A stretch of DNA of 64,000 nucleotides from Camelus dromedarius (Eukaryota), in assembly GCF_036321535.1 (NCBI RefSeq), contig NC_087436.1:95668001-95732000 (forward strand), given 5' to 3'. The notes below the pieces were generated by a model, which was given only the letters and a program-made list of their open reading frames with translations, made no database searches and was not told the origin of the DNA. Of this stretch, positions 11,516 through 23,310 are shown in pieces (the stretch's first letter is position 1; every line of letters begins with the position of its first letter). The position numbers and the translations under genes were made by a program.

Positions 11516-14059
11516 CTGTTGATTTTTTATTGTTTGCCCCCAATTTTGTAAACCATTGTGAATCTTTTTTGAGTAAACCCTAGAGTCTCCTTTACCTCTA
11601 ATGTTGTGTGATCCTAAGAACATGCCTGGTTGTCCTGCTACACCTGGAACTTTCAGAGACCCTTCCACAATCCTCCCTCCAGTTCTCCTGGATGTTCCTG
11701 GAGCTTTGTATCGGGGCACCTCAGTCTCTGAGGCTTTGCTGCCGATCTGGAAAGTGACTACCTCATATGCAGGGAAGAAATTTTTTGGAGCTGGAATTTC
11801 TTCACAGAAACAGGCTTCTCCTACTTCTGATTTCTTGGCTTAGAGTAAGCAGAAGATGGAGTTGGTGATTGAAAGTCCTGCCTCTAGACCAGTCTCCACT
11901 GCTTGGAATGGGCTAGGACTGTTAACCAGGTCTCTCGGCAAGTCTCCCACCCAAGACAGACCTCTCTTTAGAAGTGGAGGGTGCCTCTTGTTCCCTTGTA
12001 TGAAATGAAAGGATTTCTGGAGTGTGAGCTTCCTCCCCATTCTATCCACTGCTGTGGATGCTACTGCAATCCTTGATCTTTCCCCACTCCGCTCTCTTAC
12101 CTGTCACTTGTCCTGCCCAAACTACCCTAAGCCATCCAGCTCACCACCTGGAACCCAACCAGTCAATGGCTGGTAGGCCTGAGCAGCCCCATTTCCCCAG
12201 GTCCCTCTCAGACGTGGCTCCTGAGGCCCACAAAGACCCTCCCCTGGTCAACATCTCTTGGCCACTTACGCTCTGTTTATCCTTACAGCAGCTCATTCCA
12301 CAACACTGACTGACTTCTCTACATACCTACATTTAGTCCCTTCTAAAACCAGGGAAGTCCCAGGTCAGCTCACTCAGAGACCCCCTCCCCACCCCAGGAG
12401 TTAGACCAACCTAGAGCGATGCAACAGTAAACCAGAGGTCCCAACTCGAAGCCCTTTCCAGATACTCGGACTCCCTGACCAGGCGACCAGCAGGCCGAAA
12501 GCAAAAACTGGTCAGAGTCTGTGCTAAACCAACAGACCGTAAGAGGAAGCAAGGAAGAGAGAAATACATTTCTGAAAGGTGAGCCCTTATACATTTTAAC
12601 TGTCTTTTATTTACTTAGAGTCCGGAAACCTGGCCCTGCTGGGGCCTCAGCCGGACCACAGCCCCTGCACTGACAGCTCCGCTCTCCGGGCCACAGGCCC
12701 TGTCACAGGGGAGGAGTCTCGGGACACCTCCTCCCCTCCTCCTGGCAAGTTGCTTCCTGGGAACGGCAGCTGTAGGTTTCTGCCCATTATTTTTTTTGCT
12801 TGAACAACCTGTGCTTTTACAAACAGACCCTGGCTGCTCTGAGGTCGTTTCTGTCCTGAGCTCCATCCCAGGCCACTGTATTGTTTTCATTTCCTGTGCT
12901 TCTGAACTTCTTGTCCTAACATTATCTTACAGCCCTGGCGCCGCTAGCCGGCAGGCAGGGTGATACACCCTCCCTTGGCACCGGTGGAAATTGTTACATT
13001 CAACTCCAATCGCTGTCCCTCTAAGGGGCCCTTGGGTAGCTAGTTAGGAGTGAATGAATGGCTCAGAGATACAAGGCCTGACTTCAGACGTGGTGTATAT
13101 TTTCCAGAGAGGCTGCCTCATACTGAAACTGGTTTGTGAGGAATCCTGTGGCCGCGTAAGGAATCCGGAGGTGGGAGTGTGCCACACGGTGAGGTGGAAA
13201 GAGACTCCTGAACCTCCCTTTCACTTGGTATATTATCAAAACTCCAAGAGCACCCGGCCGTGGGCCTGACCCCATGCTAGACTCCTTCCCCCTCCTGAGG
13301 GCAAGCTGCTCACACGGCCTCGCCCACGTGGCTACCGGGCCACCCTCCTCCCCCGTCATTACAGACTTGGAGCCAAACGTGGGTGAAGTCAATAGTCCAT
13401 GTTTTATCTCAGACATCCCTGGCGGTAGGATTTCAGAGACATTAAAATGGGGGGAAGTGGCTAACAGTGATTAAAATTATTACTTGTCCAAAGACACATC
13501 CTTATTTCAGAAATGTCAAAAGATAGGGTGGGTTATTTGTCTAAAATGGATAACATGCAATACTCTGGACCTGGTAGTGTTTTAGCAGGTAAATGATTTG
13601 TTTGTGGTACAGGCATAGCTATTCTGCCACCTTATACTATTGATGATGTTGACGACTACGACGATCACAATAATACGGGACATTTTCATTGTGTGTTATA
13701 CTTCATAACACACGTGAAAAGACTTCATACTCAGATTCCTCCTTCATCCATCCAAGAAAAGCCCTGACGTTGCCAATCTGATTCCCTTCCTCTATCCAGG
13801 GAGAATTCCCTCTTCCTGGGAGAGAAGCTAAGTTAATTTACATAATGAAAGAAGGGAGGGTGTGAAAAAGAGGAGAAAATTAGCAGAAAAGGGATTTCCT
13901 GTGTGTGGGGTGCTTAGATTTGCTTTACTTTCCATCAGGAGACATAAGAAAAGAACAGAATTCCTTTGTAACTACCTTTGGCTATTGAACTATGCTTCTT
14001 CCGTATGATACCATTTTGAGACTGAACCACTTGGCTCCAGATTTTTACGGGTTACGTGA

Positions 14060-14230
14060 ACAATGCTGCTGTGTGGTGGCAGGGTAAACACCATCATCCC
14101 TTATTGTCAAGGAGGAAACTTAATCCCAGAGATATTGAATAGTTTTGTCCAAAGACTTCAGTAAGTGACAGAGACAGGAATCAAATCCAAGTTTTTCTGA
14201 TTCCAAATTCAGTGGTCTTTCCCTGTGTTC
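14060..14230 (-). mobile_element. MIR SINE
   Basis: 'catcccttatt...gaggaaact...ttgtccaaag...agtaagtgacagagacaggaatcaaatccaag...tgattccaaa'. Confidence 0.75.
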
Positions 14231-14499
14231 CTGCAATGAACTATTTAGAGCATAATTTTTAAGGTTAATATTAATCAATTTCAACTGAGTAAATACATAA
14301 TTCTTCACATATTCAAAATGGTAGAAGGGGCAATGCCAGTTCAGAGATGTAATAAAACACCATACTTTGATGAAAATTTTACAACTAAATTAGATACATG
14401 TTCATACGTTTGAACCAAAGGTTCAACTGAATCTGTAAATTGTTCCCAAAACTTAGTATATCTGTATATTGCCAATCATGATGCTATTAAAAATGCTAT

Positions 14500-15050
14500 T
14501 AAAAAGCGTTGTGCCCATCAATTCCACACCTAAGTATTTACCCCAAAGAAGCAAAAGCATATGTCCACACAGATTTGTATGCCAATCAATGTTCACAGCA
14601 ACATTATTCACAGCAGTCAAAAAGCGGAAACAATCCGAATGTCCATCAACTGGTTGTGGATAAACAAAAGGTGGTATATATCCACACAATGGAATACTAT
14701 ACAGCAACAAAAAGGAACAAAGTACTCATATATGCCACAACACAAAGGACTCTCAGATGCTAAGTGAAACAAGACAGACAAGACCACTTGTTATATGATT
14801 CAATTTCTATGAAATATTCAGAAAGGGCAAATCTGAGAAACAGAAAGTAGATTAGTGGTTGCCTGAGGGTGGGGCTAGGAACAATGGGCTGAGAGATCTT
14901 ATTGGGGTGACCGAATCGCTCTTATATTGGATTATGGTGATGGTTGCATAACTCTGTTCGTTCACTAAAAATCATTGAATTTGTACACTTAAAATGGGCA
15001 AATTTGATGGTATGTAAGTTATACCTCAATGAAGTTTTTAAAAGAAGGAA
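14500..15050 (+). mobile_element. L1MB-like 3' UTR
   Basis: 'aatgttcacagcaacattattcac', 'aatgtccatcaac', 'cacacaatggaatactat', 'gaaagtagattagtggttgcc', 'tgtacacttaaaatggg...gttatacctcaat'. Confidence 0.92.
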
Positions 15051-16214
15051 AAGAAATTTAATATTATGGTGAAACTCAGAGAGATGAATTAGAAAGTGGA
15101 GAGAAATAGGTGGAACTAGCTAGCATGTGCAGAAGGGATTGTTGATTGTAGGAACAGTGAAGGAAATTAGTGGATGCTAATGTATGTGAGACATGTGCTC
15201 TGGTTTTGTGATGGTTGGTAATCAGAGAGGTGACCAAGTGATTAACAGAAAGGTAAAGTCTGAGTGCTAAGCTAGAGGACTGACCCCAAGGTTTAATGCC
15301 CATTAATATAAATTCAGGAGATGAGGAGTTTGTATAGTGCCCATTGTTAGAAATCAACATGAGATAACTAAGATGAGGGTATGTAGGTTCTGACCACTAC
15401 GTTTTGCTAGCCTCACCACCACATTCTGGATAGAATCCTTACCATGGGAAGCATTTGGTAAATTAATATCTACTGTTGTACAAAATAAATTACTCAGCTT
15501 TACAATCTATTAATCCAGAAGAATTTAGTTCTTGTCTGGGGTAAGTGCTTGGTATTTGAATATAGCTTAAAATATATTTCTTTGAAAATGCTTAATTTGT
15601 TTTTTCTTTTATGATCTCTAAAATCATGTGTCTTGTTTAACTAGGGTTTTATGGTGCTAAATGAGTAAACTTCTATTGACAGAAACTTCAAAATCCAAAA
15701 GAAACACCTGGTCCTGGTGAGGATTAAAGCAAATAGAGGAAAGTATTAAATTCTAGGCAAATGGCAGCTTCCTTGTATCACCCAGAAGACAAAGGGACTC
15801 AGAAAAGACAAAATGCAACACTGAGAAAGAGCTTCACAAAGGCACTGGCTCCCCACGCTTTCTGCACCTTCCCCCCATCTCGTCTACCACACCTCCCAGA
15901 AAGGAAAGGAAAGGAGACAAAAAGACAGGTTATTCATTGCATCTGCCTGCCTGGCTGGATGACTCTAAAAAGTCTAAGTTCACACTTCTTGTAATATGAG
16001 AAAGTCCCCATGAGGCATGGCAAAGCAAACGTGGCTGATCACACGCGGGCATTCTCCAGAAGAATCAGCATCCACCCACATCTTCTGGATTACTGAAGCT
16101 AGCACTTCGATCCAGAAAGGATGAGAGCGCAGTGACCATCCTCAGACAATCATGGTCATAATTGTGCAGCAGCCCGAGATTTCCTAACTCTGAAGATGAG
16201 CTGGGATGTATTAG

Positions 16215-16400
16215 GACCCTCTAGGAGGCAGGTGCTGCCTCAAGTGTTTTACAGGCATCATCTCATGTAATCCTCTAAGATTCGCACCATCAGTCTCTCC
16301 TTTTACAGAAAAAGAAACTGAGGCTGGGAGAGGTTTAGTTTACTTTCCCAAGGGCACACAACTAATTAGCAAAACGCCTAAGCTCACATCTTTTCCATCA
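16215..16400 (-). mobile_element. MIR SINE
   Basis: 'ttttacagaaaaagaaactgaggctgggagaggtt...ccaagggcacacaacta'. Confidence 0.75.
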
Positions 16401-16719
16401 TGCCATGGGTATCCCTGAATCAGACCAGGAGTTGGAAGCTTTATGAGAGTCAGGGGCCAAGTTCACATTCCCGGTCTTCTGTTCCAGCAGGATGAGCTTA
16501 CCATGGCCAGGAGAAGGCCAGGCTGGGAGGAGAATACCAGCTCTGTCAGAGAGCCAGGCGGCCATCACAGAGCCCAGGACCAGGGAGTAACACTGTGAGA
16601 CATCCCGGGGCAGTTGGTGCCTCCGGTCTCTCTCCCAACCTGTGTTTGTGTATTTTTGAAAATATGCCTCTATTAATTTTTTCTTGTTTATTTTGACCCC
16701 ATTTTAAAGAGTGTTGCAT

Positions 16720-16890
16720 TTGGAATTGGAAAAACCAGGATTTAAACCTGGGATCCCTGCGGTACAATGTTGAGTGATCTTAGGGAATTTATTTAAGCCC
16801 TGAGCCTCATCTGAAGTGAGGATAATTGGTCATACCTGCCACACAGAGTTGTCTAGAGACTTAAATAGGATCATTCTCTAGAGAAGGGCT
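16720..16890 (+). mobile_element. MIR SINE
   Basis: 'tgagtgatcttagggaatttatttaagccctgagcctcatctg...tacctgccacacagagttg'. Confidence 0.6.
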
Positions 16891-17183
16891 AGATAAGTTA
16901 GTGCCATTTTTAATTTGACCCTTTGACCCTTTTATTTTTGTATAAGCTACTCTCCCTTGGTTTAGGGCACTCACCAATTTCATAAACCAGGCTCCTATAT
17001 CTTCATCCCAGTTGTTCAGAGAGAGACAAGGGCAAGGAGGCGGGAGCGACAGGATCGGGCTGAGGACAGAGCTCTATTGTTTAACACCAGCAGCCTCCCT
17101 CAAGCTGTCATTAATCAGCACATCTAATTAATGACAGCATCATTTTTTAACCAGCGAGGAACTAATCTACTTGTCCTAAATCA

Positions 17184-17221
17184 ACCTGTGTTTCCCAATC
17201 TTTCTGAAAAAGATCATGATA
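17184..17221. repeat. 38-bp direct repeat, copy 1
   Basis: acctgtgtttcccaatctttctgaaaaagatcatgata; 37/38 identical to 19890-19927. Confidence 0.95.
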
Positions 17222-18024
17222 GACTTTGTCCAGCCCCTGGAATCTGGATGCTACCCTCATGACCCTCCCTTGATCTGCTGGGCCAGTTTTTTAGCAAAGG
17301 AGATCAGATTTACTAGACCATGTTCATCCTTACTGAGCTCACGCTGTCCCCACGGATCACCTTTAGAAATGCCCACAAGCCACTTGTTCTAAATTTATTC
17401 TAGGATGTTCCAGGAAAGCATGCCTCCTCGGGGTATAGGACTTAGGAGAATCCTGACAGCGTGCCAGGTTGGTATGGAGAGCAGGGGACAGGTACCCGGC
17501 TTTGTCTAGGAGCCAAGTACAAGGTGGTGTGGCTGACCAGCAGGAACCCACATGGGCTTTGTGCACGCAGCCCTCAAGCCATCCCTGAGGGACCCAAATC
17601 AAAGGTCCAGGGTATGGGCAAGTTCAGAATTAAGGCAGTCAGCCATTAAGAGCACCAGAGGCCACAAGAGAAGAAAACCAAGACTCAAAACAGAAGGGGT
17701 GACTGACCATTACCATTCGGGCTGCTAGTGTCCAATCTGATTTATTAGCCCAGACACAGAATGGTGGTTTTTTCCCTAGAGTTTTTGATTTAGTTGTTTT
17801 TTGTTTTTTGTTTTTTAAAATAAGGCATCCATCCTTGACACAAAATGAAACTCAAGCTTGTATACAGTCCCAGGAGCCCCCTTTCTCCCACTTCTTCAAA
17901 TTGCATCTGTTTGTGTGTGTCTAGTCTTCTGGTCCTTTCCTTATCAACCACAGTTTTTCAAAACTTACTGGCAGCTCCCTTCCCATCACAGCTGCTAGTT
18001 CTCTCAGTCGAGCTGAATGAAGGC

Positions 18025-18245
18025 TAAGACTATGGGCTTTGTTTGCCAAACAGACCTGGGTGGGTGTGCCTGCTAAGTCATTTACTTCTATGAGACTTCG
18101 AGCAACTACCCAATTTGAACCTAAATTTGAACCTAAATTTTCTCCTTGAAAGATACAGATAACAATAATCTTACCTCATGAGATTGCTGTGAGCCTTCAA
18201 TGACACAATATAGGTAAAGCACAGGGCACAGTGCCTGCCCATCAC
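18025..18245 (+). mobile_element. MIR SINE
   Basis: 'cagacctggg...aataatcttacctcatgagattgctgtgag...gtaaagcacagggcacagtgcctg'. Confidence 0.7.
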
Positions 18246-18269
18246 CTACATTCCACACGCACATCCCTG

Positions 18270-18735
18270 TCTATGGTCGATGGCATCGTTACCCCCCATT
18301 GTTCACTCCTCTCAGGATCAACAACCTTTGCCATTTGTCTCTGCCATTATCCTCTGATGGTGTGCACTTCCCACCCCATTGGCGCTGGGCTTAGGTGGCA
18401 TGTGATTGGCTTCAGCTAGTGGAATTGTTCAGAAGGGAACAATGCATCCCTACCAAGCCGCACCTTATGTAGGATGAATTTCCACCCTTCCTCTCTGAGC
18501 TTCTGCCATCACCAAGGGAAAGACATGCCCTGGGAGACCCGCTGGTACCAGCATAATGCAAGATGCCTGGAGCAGACCTAACCCAACCCACGGCTTGGAG
18601 CCACGCCCAGCAGAGCTCAGCCTGGATCAGCCAAACCTCAGCCAATCCATGAACACAAGAACAAGAATTAGTGCTGAGTGCTGTCCACCAGAGTTTTGAA
18701 ACAGTTTTGTTAAGGACAATTTTCATGGCAATTAT
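18270..18735 (+). mobile_element. MLT1-type (MLT1I-like) ERVL-MaLR solo LTR
   Basis: 'gggcttaggtggcatgtgattggcttc', 'ctgccatcacca...acatgccc', 'ggagcagacctaacccaacccacggcttggagcc...cagcctggatcagcc'. Confidence 0.8.
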
Positions 18736-18804
18736 TTATACTTACCTTGTCGAGGGCTTGGGGTTTTAAGCTTATTTAAAGGAGTTAAAGAGCTCACTTA
18801 TGTC

Positions 18805-19118
18805 TTTTTTTTTTCGAACATTTTTTTTGAGTTACAACTGGTATATAACATTGTATTAGTTTCAGGTGTACAACATAATTCAGTCTTAGTACACACTACA
18901 AAGTAACCACCACAGTGAGTCCAGTTAGCATCCTCCACCATACAACTGACCCCTTTGTCCTTTCCACCCCAACCTCCTACCCCTCCGACAGCCACCAATC
19001 TGTTCTCTGTATCTAGGAGTTTAGTTCTGTCTTGTTTATTCATTTGTTTTGTTATTTAGATTCCACATATAAGTGAAATCATAGGGCACTAGTCTTTCTC
19101 TGGCTCATTTCTCTTATA
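18805..19118 (-). mobile_element. L1 3' end (laurasiatherian type)
   Basis: Poly-T, then 'tataacattgtattagtttcaggtgtacaacata...ccaccaatctgttctctgtatct...tagattccacatataagtgaaatcata'. Confidence 0.92.
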
Positions 19119-19139
19119 CAGCAGTTCCCACCAAGTCTT

Positions 19140-19325
19140 AATATAATGGAAAGAGAGTGGGTTTTAGGACCTTAATTCATATCTAGCTTCCATGTCTTCC
19201 TGGCTGAGTAGCTTAGGGCAAGTTCCTTAACTTCTCTGGGCCTTGATTCTTTGTCTGCAAAATGGGGGTGAGAAAATTAGTGGGAGAGTTAAATGGCCTT
19301 ATTTAGGTCACACTTGTGGACACAG
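19140..19325 (+). mobile_element. MIR SINE
   Basis: 'gggcaagttccttaacttctctgggcct...tctgcaaaatgggg'. Confidence 0.7.
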
Positions 19326-19499
19326 CATGGTTCTCAGGGGGGTGAGCTGCTCTCCCCTTTTCTTTGTCAGTGTGTTGTTCTTAATACTATTTGGACAGCC
19401 TCATCTTCAAATCTGAACAGAGCAGACAGAAGAGAATAAAGTCTGGATACCTCCCCGGGAACACAGTGGGTGAGGCGTTTGGCTCGTCTCAGCCTTTGG

Positions 19500-19760
19500 T
19501 TCACTCATTCACATTGATGCGGCACTGAGATGTGCCGGGCACTGTTCTAGGCCCTGGGAATCTAGTGGCCAATAAGGCAAATGAAGCTGCTACCCTCACG
19601 GAGCTTACATTCTAGAGGAGCTCAAAGTAGATAAGGAATAAGACAGCCCTGAATAACTAGATAATTCCAAACAGCGATAAATGCCCTGAAGTTAACACAC
19701 AGGGTGAGGAAATAGAGAGGGACCGCATGGGGGCCAGGGCTCAGGGCAGCCCTCATTGAA
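19500..19760 (-). mobile_element. L2 3' region
   Basis: 'tgtgccgggcactgttctaggccctggg...ccctcacggagcttacattctagagg'. Confidence 0.8.
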
Positions 19761-19889
19761 GCAGCAACAACCTCTGTTTTCCAAACAGCAGAAATGTTCC
19801 TCTCGAGTCCTTCTTGCTCCACACTTACCCAGAGAAGCTGTTTTTGTCGTCAATATTTTAATAAGTTAATTTTCTTTCTCCCCTTAACC

Positions 19890-19927
19890 ACCTGTGTTTC
19901 CCAATCTTTCTGAAAGAGATCATGATA
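19890..19927. repeat. 38-bp direct repeat, copy 2
   Basis: acctgtgtttcccaatctttctgaaagagatcatgata; one substitution relative to 17184-17221. Confidence 0.95.
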
Positions 19928-20399
19928 CAGACCCAAGCAAGTCCTCTAAATTCCCGCCTCATCTGGTCTCCCTGCCTCCTCCCTCTGTGCAGGACTGGAT
20001 TCTGTAAGTCGCCTTGGGCGGCCACACCCACATTTGGAGACACCAGCTCCCTTTCTTCCTCCCTGGCACCATTTTTAGTTTCACACATAGTAGAGGTGCC
20101 ATTTTTGAAGGCTCACACATTGTCATGCCATCTTCCCCTAAAGAACCTCAAAGAATCTCTTCATTGGACATTTTGAAGACTGCTTCTCTGTAGCTCAAGA
20201 TATTTGACTAACCCCCAAGTCCCCATCTGGGCTCTTAAGAACTTCAACTTAAATGAGAGGATCACCTTAATGGTCCCAGCCCATGTCAACCTTGGCCTTC
20301 TTCATGGGCCAGAGGAGACCCCACACAAGCAGCTGCCCTCTCTCCTGACAGATAAAGTCACCAGGTAGTTTTCTACCTGATGTTCAAGTTGAGAGTCCA

Positions 20400-20640
20400 A
20401 AGATGAGAAGCAGGAAGACCTGTGAAGAGTCAGAATGGAGGCAGAGGGAAGAAAGATTACATCAAAGAGCAGGAACCATATGTGCAAAGACCCTGAGGTA
20501 GGAGAGAATCTAGTGGGTTTGAGGGACTGAAATAAGTCTTTTGGCTGGAGCCTTGCACAGTGGGTGGGGAGGGTGGCAGGAAAGGAAGTGAGAAGGGCAG
20601 CTCATTGTCTCGGACATTTGTACACCAATGGACTGACCAT
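20400..20640 (-). mobile_element. L2 fragment
   Basis: 'tgtgcaaagaccctgaggtaggagag...ttgagggactgaaa...ggctggagc'. Confidence 0.7.
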
Positions 20641-20953
20641 AACTATTCAACAAAATAAACTTGAAATGCAAGAGAATAAATATATGACTTGGTGGGGTGG
20701 GACTTGTTGAAACAAACACTTCCAGAGTGCCTACTTGTTCCAGGATTGATATATGGAAATAGATGGTAAATTAAATAAAAATATCTGATTGAATGGAAGG
20801 AGAAAGACTATCAATCACTGTTCAGAGAGCTGTTTATTTGCTTGGATAATGGATATGAACCCAAGACAGGAAATTGGTGAAGAGTGTTTGGGTGGGAGCA
20901 GCAGACATCAACGTAGTCCTCCAACAGGCTGGGAGCAGGAAGGGATAAACATA

Positions 20954-21371
20954 TCATATTAAGTGAACTCAGTCAGGTAGAGAAAGACAAATATTACATG
21001 ACATCACTTGTATGTGCAATCTAAAAAAATGATACAAAGAAACTTATTTACAAAACAAAAACAAACTCACAGACATAGAAAACAAACTTATGGTTACCAA
21101 AGAGGGAAGAGAGGAGGGATAAATTAGGAGTTTGAGATTAACAGATACACACTACTAAACATAAAATAGATAAACAACAGGGACCTACTGTATAGCACAG
21201 AGAACTATTTCAATATCTTGTAATAACCTATAATGGAAAAGAATCTAAAAAAGAATATATACATATATATTGTTTTATTGAATATGTGTGTGTATAATTG
21301 AATCACTTTGCTGTACACCTGAAACTAACACAACACTGTTAATCAACTGTTCTTCCATTTTAAAAAAAGGG
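20954..21371 (+). mobile_element. Cetartiodactyl-type L1 3' end with 12-bp TSD
   Basis: Same family as 7355-7665; exact TSD gggataaacata at 20942-20953 and 21372-21383. Confidence 0.95.
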
Positions 21372-22100
21372 GGGATAAACATACTGCACGTGCTCATGCT
21401 TGTGTGTTGTGCATAATGGGGTAAGGGAGGAGAGCAAGGGCAGCACAAAATAAAAAAGCCCAGAAGAAAAAACAGGTGAACCGGAGAAAGGAGAATAAAA
21501 ACATTCTCACACCCACTCAACCAGTCACGTGATCCTGGGTGATGCAGGAGAGTGAGGGCACAGGGCAAGGACAGACGTCACAGGAAGGTAGCCAAAGGCA
21601 CTGTGTGTGGGAAACTGGGCAGGAGGCAACCCGAGGACCTCACACACCAAATGCAGCAGCTGGTAAGTCACCCATTAGACTTAAGGAAGCAAGTTCAATG
21701 TGGCCTGGACAAGACTCTACATTTTTCAAGTCTCCTCAAAGCCCAAAGTGAGTACAGAGCTGTCTGAACTTCCCAGAGTCAGACAGTCCAGCTGAGGCAA
21801 TTCCTGGTACCAGCTGTCCTGGGGCCAGTTCCCTCCTCTTTGGAACATCTCCAGGAGAGAAGAGAGAAGACCCAACTTTATCCTCCCTTTGCAGGGCTTC
21901 TTAGAGACTCTGGGAGAGGCTGAGGAAGCTGGAGGTTTGGCTGCATGTGCTCTCAACTCATCCACAAAAGTCCCCTGCCTCAGAGTGGAGAACACTGGGT
22001 TGGCTAACCACTTATTAACTCAATTTGGACAAACGTTACACTAAAATAAGACATTCTCCATGACCTTTAAGAAGCAGTCTCAGTGTATCTGACAAGGTTT

Positions 22101-22606
22101 TTTCAACGTATTTTTCTTCTAGGTTTCTCCCATATTTTTACTGAGATAGAGTTGACATATAGCACTGGTACACAGCATAATGATCTAACTTACATACATC
22201 ACAAAACGATTACAATGAGTTTCGTGAACATCCATCATTTCATATAGATATGAAATTTTAAAAACAGAAAATAGATTTTTTTCTTGTGATGAGAACTCAG
22301 GATTTACTGCTATCTTAACTTTCATATGTATCATAGAAGCAGTGTTAATTACACTTCTCATGTTGCACATTGCGACCCTAGTACTTATCTTACAATTGGA
22401 AGTTTCTACCTTTTGATTGTCTTCATCCAGTTCCCTCTCCCCCGACCCTCACATCTGGTACCCACAAATCTGATTTTTTTTCCTGTATTTGTTTGTTTGT
22501 TTTTGAAGTATAATTGACCTATAACACTGTTAGTTTCTGGTATATAGCATAGTGATTTGATATTTCTATACATTTCAAAATGATCACCATAAGTCCGGTT
22601 TCCATC
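22101..22606 (-). mobile_element. L1 3' end, same composite subfamily as 10136
   Basis: 'gtgaacatccatcatt...ttcttgtgatgagaactc...ggaagtttctacc...tttttgaagtataattgacct'; degenerate TSD tctga(c/g)aag(g/c)ttt at 22088 and 22607. Confidence 0.9.
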
Positions 22607-22929
22607 TCTGAGAAGCTTTAATTAGAAATATCTCTCAATAATATTAAAGGAAATTTCAAAAAACCAAGCCCTCCATGATCTCACGAAGCTCACTCAAACT
22701 TTGTCATTTTTGCCACATCTTACTAGGACCTGCTCACGTGCATAGTGGCCTCACTTGTTACAGCCATCACACATGTCCCACTTTGTCCCTTCTTAACTGT
22801 CATCGTAGCACACGTTGCTACACAAAGTCAACTCCTCTTACACCCCCATTGAGCCTGTGGTCTCCACAATTACCATGTTGAAGGGCCTCTGCCACATTTT
22901 CTAAGAAAAAATTTCTCTTCTCCATTAGC

Positions 22930-23310
22930 AGTTATGAGGTCATGTTTTAGAATCAGACAGGCCTGCAGTCAAACCCTCGTTTTGCCATTTACTCTCTGGA
23001 CAACTTTGGTTGAACTGGCATCTCCAAGTGTCTGTCTCCTCGTCCACAAAAAATGGACCGGTGACCCTTGCCTCCCAGAGTGGCTATGAGACTTAAGCTT
23101 GAGATAGTGAATGTAGTCGGCCCTCAGTTTCCGCAGGGGATTGGTTCCCAGGACATCCCCACCTCAGATACCAAAATCCATGGATGCTCAAGCCCCTGAT
23201 ACAAAACGGGGCAGTACAGTCAGCCTGCTGTGTCTGGAGATGTGGAGGACCGACTGTGTGAAATAAACATGAAGACTGGTCTGCAGTAAGTAAATGGGAG
23301 CTATTTTATT
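22930..23310 (+). mobile_element. MIR split by a Tigger-type element
   Basis: 'ttagaatcagacaggcctg...gcctcccagagtggctatgagacttaag' resumes as 'tgaaataaac...cagtaagtaaatgggagctatt'. Confidence 0.65.
23114..23256 (+). mobile_element. TcMar-Tigger non-autonomous element (MER2-like)
   Basis: TIRs tagtcggccctc (23114-23125) and gaggaccgactg (23245-23256); internal 'ggggattggttcccaggac...gataccaaaatccatggatgctcaag'. Confidence 0.85.

Noticed and set aside
11683..11703. Peptide FSWMFLE resembling adhesion/secretin GPCR TM3
   Set aside because: Only 7 residues; flanking sequence does not continue the family pattern and a stop follows shortly.
11354..11719. Minus ORF containing the L1 ORF2 C-terminal peptide
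   Set aside because: Part of a truncated L1 insertion, not a host gene.
16636..16665. Possible third copy of the 38-bp repeat (caacctgtgttt...tgaaaa)
   Set aside because: Only about 12 contiguous matching bases; compatible with chance.
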